Shown: positions 37,472 to 51,938 of the stretch, piece by piece
Layout of the letters: every line of letters begins with the position of its first letter
Numbering within the stretch: position 1 is the first letter of the stretch
Assembly: GCA_964247055.1 (NCBI GenBank)
Contig: OZ176055.1
Coordinates: forward strand, 3,968,001 to 4,032,000
DNA length: 64,000 bases
From: Paragordius varius
Lineage: Eukaryota > Animalia > Nematomorpha
Direction: 5' to 3'
Notes under the pieces: generated by a model
Told to the model about the DNA's origin: nothing
Seen by the model: the letters and a program-made list of their open reading frames with translations, nothing else
Database searches by the model: none
Translations under genes and position numbers: made by a program

Positions 37472-39621
37472 TATGGTGACCAGATTTTTTGAAGGAAAAA
37501 GCGGGACAAATCTGAGAAAGGGGGGCATGGGGGAAACCAAAAATTTTTATACAAAAAATTTATTGTAATATTTATTTATTTTTACACACAAATCTATATA
37601 TTTATAAAAATGGAAAGTGGTGACTTGATCTGTTTCCGGATAACCGGTAGACCCATTCAAATCCAAATGTCAAAAAAATAAAATCATTAATAAATGCCCC
37701 AACAATAGCTTCGCTCTTTTTTAAATTAGGTCCCCAGTTCGGTCCCACCTCGTGTAAAAAACGTTTTTTTTTGAAAACACAAGTCCACAAAAATCGTGAC
37801 TTCGAGACAATTTTCCGGAAAACGTGTTGGACCATTCGATTTAAAATATGATTTTTTTTACCTATTTTCGATTGCGCCAGGCAAAAAATTTAACTTAGTG
37901 CTTTTTCCATATAGGCCTATGGGTAGGGGTCTACCGGTTTAAAACTGAGATGTCATAAAAAATTGGCGTGCCTTTGGAGCTAATTTTCAAAAAACTTAAG
38001 AAGCCATACGAGTTCAATAAAGGCTTTAAATATTACCCATAAAAAACTAATTATAAGCTGTTTTTTTCCGTTAGCCGTCAATTTGGGGCCTTTACACCAG
38101 TAAACAATATATTAGTATGAATGCACCGTTTTAAAAATCCTAGAAGATCATAGCTATTAAATAATGTTTCGAAATAATCCACATATATGGATCGTTTTAT
38201 TCATCCTTTTTTCTTCCAAAAAACTTTTCCAAAGTTGTAGGACATTTGTCCTGTGATAAAAAATAAAAGGATCATACATTTTTAAAATTCTTTCGATAGC
38301 AGAAGAGCTAACCAACGAAAGCATTTTTTGATATTGAACTTGAACTTCCGCATTTTCACAGAATTCCTTAAGCGTTTTAACGCATACCGTGTATAAAAAA
38401 TAGGAATATATTTTAACAACTACATTTTAGACATATAGGTGCAACAAATCAGCAGCTGTTTGAATAGCGTTGTGTATTATATGCGCTGCACACCACGCCA
38501 ATAATGTTTTGATGAAGATTATCGCTAATTTATGAAAAATATTTTTCCCCTCCTTGTTTTTCCACCGAAGTTCGTATTGGTGTTGTCAGCGCAATATACG
38601 ATGATTTTGTATTTTAAATTATTTTTTTCTATGAAGTAAAAATTTGTCGGAATTTTCATCGGCTAGAGAAATAAAATCTAAAATTTTAATTTTTACTCCG
38701 GTTTCTGGATCAAAATATCTTATTAAAGTGGATATAATTTTGTTTCGTTGTGATTTGATGCATCAGAGTATAGAGATATGAAATTAATTTTCAGAAAATA
38801 TTTTTGTTATTCAGAAAATGCATGTGGCGAAAAGACATTGAATACAATGGCTTCAGCCTTTGAACGGGCACATGTAAATTTTTTATTGAATAAGGTGCGA
38901 ATAACCTGTGAGGTACAATCCATAGATCTAAAGGAATGTTTGTGATTAACGGCGTGAAAAGATAAAACTCCTTCGGCTAGTGCCAATCTCTTTTCTTTCT
39001 CTAGCGGTTTTTCGATAAAAATCGCTCATTTTGTAAGATGATGCCTCCATATCTAAACATTTTTTATGTTTCTGTGTTTCCATATGTTTTGTAATATCAT
39101 GCTTGCCACCATGTGCTAGGGTGAATTCCCCCTCGCATAAAGAACATTTAACAAATGATTCATTTTTTGTTTTTTTGATAAAATGAAATTCTTTCATTAA
39201 TTCATTCTTAAATTTACAACCTATTTTGTACTCATATTTTTAAACTAATATTAGTATTATAAAAATGTGATAATACCTTAATTTTCTGGACTAAACGTAT
39301 AAGCTACCGATTTGTGGTAGTAATTTGTCTTTTTGATATTGTTGGCAGTAGGAGTAGTAAGCAAAGTGTATAATCATATGATATAAATTCGAAAAAAATA
39401 AATTGTTCTAATTTAAAAATAAACAATAATTTAAAATTGATGTAGATTTTAAAGATCACTAATGATGAAACATTTAAAAAGATAAAAAAATAAATTTTTC
39501 ATAAAAATTTAAATGTATTTAATAAAAAACTTTTTTATGTAATCGTGAAAAAGCGGGACATTTCAAAAACGTAGAGGGACGCGGGACAAAGTCTGAAAAA
39601 GCGGGACGTCTGGTCACCCTA
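37472..39621 (-). mobile_element. Internally deleted hAT-Blackjack copy, inverted relative to 20915-24334
   Basis: TIRs TATGGTGACCAGA / TCTGGTCACCCTA. 5' half of transposase on the minus strand (ORF 38946-39197 KCSLCEGEFTLAHGGKHDITKHMETQKH, no stop at the position mutated in the other copy). Flanks TGTATATA / TGTAACCA match only partly. Empty site in copy A at ~12295. Confidence 0.9.
37600..38190 (+). repeat. Unclassified dispersed repeat inside the hAT copy
   Basis: ATCTGTTTCCGGA.AACCGGTAGACCCATTCAAATCCAAATGTC, AAAACGTGTTGGACCATTCGATTT and TAGGGGTCTAC.GGTT are shared with ~58645-59500. Confidence 0.85.
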
Positions 39622-41015
39622 TGTAACCAAAACAAAGGAATTCGATTAATAAAGTCAATAATAGAACTGGCAAATATGAGTTCTTTAGATTTAAGAGACC
39701 AATCAGTCTTGCTAATCTACCACCTACAATTAAAAAGCAAAATTCAAAAAAAATGGGTAAAGCGAAAAGCTCTTTTCTTTAAACATAAATAATAAGAATT
39801 TTATTATTTAGATTTATGCGTTCCGTCTTACAAAATTACTCTAAAGCATTGCTTTTCAGCCTGTTTTATTCACGTCCCACCAAATTGAAAATAAAAATTC
39901 TTGCGCCTCCCTCTTTAAAAAATCCATGATAAAAATGTAAAATATATTATTATTTACTAAAAATCCCAATAAATGAGATTTTTATATCTGCATTTATTAG
40001 AAATATTTTTTCCATATCGATGACAAATTATGATAATTCGCACCTGAAATCCTTCAATTTGTTTCAAGTTTTATTTTTTAATCAAATACTCAAAATTTCT
40101 CAGGCCCCCCTTAGTCTGCACCCGCTTTTGGGAGCACTTCTCTAAAGCCTTTATACAAAATTTTACATAAACCTAAATGATAAAAAGGTTATTAGAATTT
40201 CATATACAATTTAATTATCAAATTCATCGTTATTATATATTCAAATCTATACCTGCTCCAGGAATGATGCTTAAGTTGGTTTCAACTAAACCAAGCTTAG
40301 AAGTGTTGCTAAAGTGATATATTTTTGATACAGTGTGTGTTTATATTCTTATAGGGTAAATATTAAAATGCAAAGACATAATTTGAAAATTGAAATTAAT
40401 ATACTTAACATAACCCTTATGTTTAATGTTAAAATATGCGATAAAGTTTTGCCTTTTTTGCAAGAACTATAAATATATTAAAATCAAAGGATAAAAATAA
40501 ATGTTTTTTATCTTAATATTTGCCTATTTGTATTAACGTTTTTTCTTTATAATAATTAAATTCAAATAAAAAGTTATTGGTTAATTTCATAAAAATTAAC
40601 TTTAAAATCTCGATTAAACCATTTTTGATAATTATACTTTTTGTTATCTACAGTTTGCTCCAATCACGTTTCGGAGATATCCGAATTCGGGACTATAGAA
40701 GTTATAAATTTTTAAAATTATACGTTTGTTATCTGATACAAAAAGGTTTTACTAATTTAAGCTTTTGTTTAAACATCAATCAAAACAGTATTTAATATGG
40801 CTTTAAGCTTGGTAGAATAATCCAAAAAGTTATGTTAATAAATTGAGCTGTAATAACAAGTTAATAAAAAAGCTCTCAGCTATAAAAAAATCATAAATTA
40901 AAGGCAGACATCCTAATTTTTTAACAAATTTTATATATTTCTAGAATATTATTAGTGCATGCTCTATTTTTGCCAATCTTAATTCTGGCATTCCTAGTGT
41001 TATCGAAATTTCAGT

Positions 41016-44000
41016 ATGTTTAACAATATTTTCGGCTTGGGCAACGATCCGATATCCAAGTATTTGAAAATAATTGACATTTTATATTATATTTTTAGTG
41101 CATTGGCAGTTTTTGATCCGATGTCGGGCAGAAGAAACAATATGATGATGATGGGACAAAATCCGTTTGCTAATATGTTTGATCAGATGAATATGATTGT
41201 AATTTTATATTATTTTTATGAACTGTCTTTGTTAAATGATATATTTTGATAACATTTATTAATGATCTTATATATATCTATATAGTTTTGTTTTCTACAA
41301 AGATTTAACTTTTCATAGATTGAGAAAAAGTTTAAGATTTTTATGTTCCAATTGTGTTTGACACATATTAAGTATTGAATAAAACCGTTTTCGTATATAA
41401 ACATATATCAATCTTTCGGTTTAGAATCAACAAATGATGCAAAATAACAACATGTTCTCTAACATGATGCAATTACATCAAAACCCAGCAAATTTAAGCA
41501 GTATGATGATGGCGCCCCAACAAGGAGGAGTTTCCCATATGTCCTCTTTCACATTTTCTAGTAATGGGGCCGGGGGCACGCCCTACGTTTATCAAGAAAG
41601 TCAATCTACTCGAGTTGGTCCTAATGGGGTAAATAATTATTATATAACTATAAAGAAACATTTCGATAGCATTTAAAAGTCAACACTTATTTTTTTATAA
41701 TAATTAATATTTATAGTTTTTGATTGTATTTTTACACAAAAAAAGCCAATTTGAATGATAAAACTCTGGGAAAAATATAGATATATATACAATAAAATAT
41801 TTTGACCCAATAGATTCAGCACTAGAAAAAAACAGGGAAAATTAGAAAAATGGGTTTCATACTATACATTAATTTACACCAGGGGTGTCCTATACGAATG
41901 GCTTAAAGAGCCACATTTGAATTAATTAATTCAAGCATAAGTCTTAAATAAATTTATTAAGTAAACATATAGTGTTAATTTTCATATAAATAACCACTAC
42001 TAAAAGTATTATAAATCTGCTAAATTTGCTGTTAAATTGTACTAATATGTGTAAAAACAAAAAATTGACTAAATTTATGACAAACAAAAAATATATCTGC
42101 CTTAGATGAAGTCAAAATATAGAATATATCACAAGGAATTTTATTCGAGAAAATGATAATTTTTAAAAAGAAGACAACTTAAACTTACCCCACTTAAATT
42201 CCTGCTGAACTGTGTTTAGATTATTTTTAAATATATTAATATATGTATGGGCTACCGAGAAATGTTTTATAATTGTATTAAATTAAATCCGACGTCTTAA
42301 TAAAGATGATCAATGTTATAACAATACACTGCAACCTAGGTTGAACATATAAAAAAACATTTACCAATTCCAAAGTTTTCGAATATGTAATTAACTCCAA
42401 TAATATAGGTATTGCTATATACCATTTGCACTTCAGAGTGTCCTTAAACACTTTAAGTTGGTCCTTTGACTTTTTGGTTTTGTTTTTAACTTTTATCAAT
42501 CAAATCGTATATCATTTATCTATTTTATCGTTTTTAACCTATTTTCAATTATTTAACATAAATTTTAAATCAATATCAACTGTTAATCATTGAACCGTAT
42601 TTTTTTAATTTCTTAAAATTATTTTCGATATTTATAAGATTTTAACACCTAATTAAAAAATATATAAGTTTTCTTAGTTATATTTACATTTTTTCATTTA
42701 AAACATTTAAAAATTAATAATTTTGTTAAATTGGATAAAAATTAGTATGAAATAAAAAGGTGGTTTTTGAATAAATTTTTTTATTTTAAAATGAATAAAT
42801 ATATAATTGATAAAATTTTTAGGTAAAAAATAATAAAATAAAAAATACATGCGAAAATTATGGTTAAATCAAAATTTAAAATTCCTAAGGACCAGCTTGA
42901 AGTTTTCAATGACACTCTAAGTGCAAATGGTATATTAAAGGACTGCGGTTTACAGAAATATGCTCTTTTACTAAATAATTACCATAAAAGTTAACGAGTT
43001 GCAACTTTTCCAAAGATTTTACAAAAGGAATTAAATGATTTAAAATCATTAAAATAAATTATGCGAATTAATTTAAAATTTTTACTTTTTTAAATAAACT
43101 AAAAATACATCGCCACTCAAGAAACTAACTTTTTGCGATTCTCAAACTTTTTTAAGGAGCCACTCAAAAAATTTGCAAAGAGCCACAAGTAGCTTCAGAA
43201 TTACCCGTTGGACACCTCTGGTTTACACTATCTACTAACTTAAATGTTTTATTTTGACCTTGTAAAATATTTTTGATAGATAATGGTTTTTAAGTGTTAT
43301 AATGTTTCCAGCTATATATATATATATATATATTCTCTTGATAAATAATTCATTTTGTTGACTAACTTTGAATAGACATTTTAAAAATATATTGGATTTT
43401 TAAAACTAAATTTTGGGTTTTTAAAATTATATGTAAAAAAACCTAAAATCAAATTAATAACAATTTTTATTTATAATGACAAAAACTACTAAATATTCCA
43501 AAATAGTAATCATTTTACATGTGTTACCTTGGAATAGGTCAAACATAAATTTATGGTATAATTTAAATATTTTTTGTGTAAAAATTTCATATATTTTGCA
43601 GCAATATTTTTAATTGCTAAGAATTTTTTTATAAGGTAAAGGAAGTGAAAAAAACTGTGAAAGATAGCAAAACGGGAAAACAAAAAATGATTGTTGGCCA
43701 TCATATTGGGAACCGAGCTCACGTCATTGAAAAGGAAAGAGATTTACGAACCGGCGAGGAAGAGGAACAAGAAGAATTTATTAACATTGATGAAGGTTAT
43801 TTTGATTTTTTCAAATGCTAAACAAGTTCTACTGCTTATTCGTTGTGTTGGCTGTATCACTTTTGTTTATAAACAGTGGAGCCAGTTTTGATTGTTTTAA
43901 ATATTGGTCTAGTCCTCAAGTAGTTTTTTTACAAGGGGGTATGTGAAAAGTAAAAATATGCCTTATATACCATGTATTTGTAATATCTTGATCTTTGGTT

Positions 44001-44948
44001 TTCAAGTTTAAGCACTGCCCTGCAGCACTACAGTGGACAGATTTCTAATGACTTTAATCGTGGGAAGAAATGTGGCTCGTATCATTACCTTCTTTTGAGA
44101 AAAACTAATATAACATTTCATTAATTTTTAAAAAAGTTTAAGTTAATTTTATTTTATAATTTTTTCGCTTTACTGTAAAAATGTCCACAAACTACGCACA
44201 ACTTGTAATGATCTCATTTAAATAGTCGGAAAAGTGCATGATGATGAGCTAATTATTTTACGGGCGTTATTATAGTTAAAAATTTATAAGGTCATATTTA
44301 TCATATAATTTACTGGTAATAAATTAATATTACATTAATTATAAAGTCCAAGTTATATCTGCTATAAAAATTCCAAAAACAATATATAATTAATATATAA
44401 TCATTACTTTGTAGGGTATAATTTTGTTTTTAACGCCATTGTCAAATCTTGCATTCAGTAATTTAATAATTAATTAAATAATGATTATGTTACTTATTTT
44501 TAGCCCTTGATTTTTCTGATATAGCCAAAATAACCAAGTAGTCTATGAATTGTATATGGATTAGGAACCCTTATCCTCATTATTAAAAAACTCTAATCAT
44601 ATAATAAAAACTGACAGTTTTTGCATTTATGTCTCTCTCACCCTTATATTTTAAAAAACTTTGATTTACATCACACATAATTGTACATTAAAAACAGACG
44701 AAGCTCCACAATTTACTGAGGAATGGAAGCGTAAATTATCATCGAACAGTCATTCTGGGGGAAGGCGACACATTGCATATCACAACAATGGCATTCATAA
44801 TAATCATAATAATGTTAATAGCAACACTCACCATGGACATCATTTTTCTTCGAATGGTAATGGGCCCCTAGCTATAACTTATCACGCTAACCCTAACACC
44901 GATTCTATTAACTCAAATTGCCATAGGTATGATTATCCTTATTTTTGA
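41016..44948 (+). CDS. MLF: Myeloid leukemia factor (MLF1/MLF2 family)
   Basis: Exons 41016-41059, 41099-41198, 41425-41628, 43636-43795, 44698-44948 join in phase with GT-AG sites. MLF core: SSFTFSSNGAGGTPYVYQESQSTRVGPNG|VKEVKKTVKDSKTGKQKMIVGHHIGNRAHVIEKERDLRTGEEEEQEEFINIDE|DEAPQFTEEW. The exact start codon and a possible further 3' exon (AG|GTATGA near 44928) are uncertain. Confidence 0.9.
41880..43220. mobile_element. Non-autonomous hAT (Buster/Charlie-type) in MLF intron 3
   Basis: CAGGGGTGTCC ... GGACACCTCTG TIRs. TSD ATTTACAC / GTTTACAC (7/8, central TA). Subterminal AAAGAGCCAC motifs. Confidence 0.85.
42420..42932. mobile_element. MITE nested in the intronic hAT
   Basis: TA|TACCATTTGCACTT ... 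AAGTGCAAATGGTA|TA. Inverted homolog of 27759-28321. Confidence 0.8.
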
Positions 44949-45480
44949 TTGATGGAGAGTAAAAGTATTCTCTTAAAATTTTCTCCTAAGTTTAAGATAT
45001 ATTCCTTTCAAATCTTTTAATTTCAAATATATTTTATTCCATTATGCATTTTAATGTGGTAAACTCACATCATAGTCAGCCAAATGGTAGAATTTGTATA
45101 TTAATTGGTAGAATTGGTTACTTACCAAAACACTTTATTAAACTGCACATACGCAAGAGGTTTGATGTGAAAATTAGTATAGGCTTATTTGATGGATATT
45201 TTGTAATGTTAAATTTTGAGAACATTATTGCAATTTATGTTAATAAGTGTTTAGATGCGGAATTTCTATGTATAATGTAAATTATATATTTTTTAAATGT
45301 TTTAAATATTTTTTACAATATAATAAATACCGTATAAAATTAAAGTGATTTTGCGTTATTTAATAATAATATATTTATCTGAAATTTTATTTTTTGTTTT
45401 ATACTGTTAATTATTATTATATCGATAAATACATGTATAAATAAAATTATTTTGGTTTTTGGGTTTTAGCTTATGTCGTT

Positions 45481-45937
45481 ACCACTATGAAAATAAATTT
45501 AAAGTTCGTTACATAAAACTTTGCTGTATAGATGATCATCTTCATTTACATTGATATATTTAAGAGATTGAAGTGTTTCGCTATTTTTGATTTTTATGAC
45601 GAATAATGGTTTATAATGACCACCCACTAAGGTAAAAGTGTGGAGAATATATGATTATATAACTAAAGGTACTTTTTTGACATATAGGGCCCCTTTTTAG
45701 AGTTTTTACTTTTTGTTCGGCATAAAAATTAAAAAAGGTGAGAAAAAAATGGACCAAATATAACATATCTAAAAATGGTATAATTGGTAAAAAAAGTTTA
45801 TAAAGAACATTTGTGCGATTCTATATATACGCATAAGAAATTTTTTGCAATAGAGACCAAATTTAATATAACTCTCATAAATAGTCGACAAAACAATTTG
45901 TATGACCTCGATTTAACTAATTATCGTTTATAGTGGT
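45481..45937. mobile_element. Possible MITE between the MLF and PSMC4 3' ends
   Basis: Short terminal inverted repeat ACCACTAT / ATAGTGGT flanked by GTT on both sides. No second copy in the window. Confidence 0.3.
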
Positions 45938-46649
45938 GTTTCTCTATTTATAATTATTTTTTATTATATCTAAACCTATGATGAAGAAACAAAAATATGG
46001 AATTAAATCAACCGACCACCTCTCACGTCAACAAAAGCAAAATGGGACATAACAAAAAATCAAAAATGACCTATTTACCGAAAAAATAAAACATTATTTT
46101 ATTTGAAAACAATTTAATATAGTTTTTTCAATATTACATTAGAAAAAACATTACTGTTTTGTTTGTTTGAAGTAATTAGATGTTTCAAATATTATCTGTT
46201 TTTTCTTTTTTTTTAATTCATATTCAATAACTTTAAATTTTTTATGACAAAGTATCTTAATATATGCATTCATTTACCATAAATATAATAAATATATTAA
46301 TGATTTTATTTACAATTTTTCAAATCCCAGTTTAAAATAGTAATAAGACATTTTAAACATTATATCATTTTTGAGGTAAAAAAATTTACTTAATTAATTT
46401 TCACCTGTTATATATATATTATATTTTATGAAAGATTCCTGGGTCCATACTTTTAAAAGACAAAATTTGTAATTTATGTAGAGAGTTACTGTAATTTTAT
46501 ACCAATAATTTTGTTCCTTTAAATTATCATTTTAATTGCTGGGTGGTTAGATTAGAAAAATTTTACTTAGTAAAACAAATTTAAGTAAACACAATATAAT
46601 ACGTTTATTAATGGGCAAAAAAAATGGTAAATTTGTAATTATCAATGAA

Positions 46650-50820
<4,171 letters not shown>

Positions 50821-50898
50821 CCCAGTAATGAAATTTGTAAATAGTGATCGGCTGTTTAAATTATTGTTAAAAAATTACTTTTGATTTAGATTAATTAA

Positions 50899-51480
50899 CA
50901 CTTGGATACAACACACTCATTTTAGTCCTTCGATACAAATTGGGGTAGTTGGATACCCCAGGCCTGTTTAAAATTAAATTCTTCAAAAAATATATAAGGA
51001 ATCGAAACCATGGCAAAATTTTGCACTTATCCAACATTAATAAACCGAAATATATAAAAAAATTTATTCAAAAATACTTGATATTACTTATTTTAAGCTA
51101 AAACCGAAAAATAAAAATTTCGTCAACGTGACATATGTTAAATTGTAAAATTGAAAAATTATACAAACTAAACCGCTTTTTCTATTTCTTTCAATGTTAG
51201 ATGTAATTTATATAAAAAATTAGCTTTAGTTTTACCCTTAAAATTAAATAAAGACAATATTTTGCAAAAATTTTGTAAAATAAAAATGGCGTCGAAGTAG
51301 TTTGAGATGGAGCTTTTTTTTCAAAACAAAATTTTATCAAGATATTTTGGCATATTTATCTAATATTTATCAGGATAGAGGCATAAATTTAAATTGGGAC
51401 CGTTTCCTTCAGTATTTTTTAAAAAATATTAATTTTAATTTAGTCTGGGGTATTTAGATACCCCAATTTGAATCGAAGTG
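50899..51480. mobile_element. piggyBac-like MITE, 582 bp
   Basis: TTAA|CACTTGG ... CGAAGTG|TTAA, a perfect TTAA duplication. One end has a spacer between the outer and inner inverted repeat, as in piggyBac. Confidence 0.88.
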
Positions 51481-51560
51481 TTAATATGAGTACATAAAAT
51501 CCCGGACAAAATTAACATGAGGCAAATGATTTATATATGATAATCAAACATTATATATAT

Positions 51561-51562
<2 letters not shown>

Positions 51563-51592
<30 letters not shown>
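51563..51592. repeat. (TA)n microsatellite (others at ~995-1019 and ~43315-43332)
   Basis: Direct reading. Confidence 0.9.
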
Positions 51593-51595
<3 letters not shown>

Positions 51596-51938
51596 AGGAA
51601 CCTAATTATATAAATTGCTCAAACCCCTTGTTTGAGGCGTCGTATCAATAAACAAAGGATATCGATTAAAAGTTATTATAACGAGATTAATTAAATATTT
51701 GCTACTAAATTATCTCTCTATCTGTGTATTTTACCCCATAACTTGTGCAATTTGTTAGGCTTTGAATGTAAATTTAGTAAAAAAAAGTTCTTGAAAATTT
51801 ATTAATTAAAAGAAATATCAATTCGAGATCGCAATTGGCTTCATGTCACCATAATTTTTTTTGGGTAACCTCTTAGGTCCATCATAACTCCAAATATTTT
51901 GAGATCGCATGCCATAAAAAATCGTGCGACAAGCGGCC

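Larger units (their letters stand above)
29981..40060 (+). repeat. Segmental duplication, copy B (true left end may be further upstream)
   Basis: Colinear with 1-12759. Shorter satellite array, and a hAT insertion at 37472-39621 that is absent from copy A. Confidence 0.95.

Noticed and set aside
44238-44250. C-box-like ATGATGA in MLF intron 4 (and at ~45978) as snoRNA
   Set aside because: No D box (CTGA) or terminal stem at a suitable distance.
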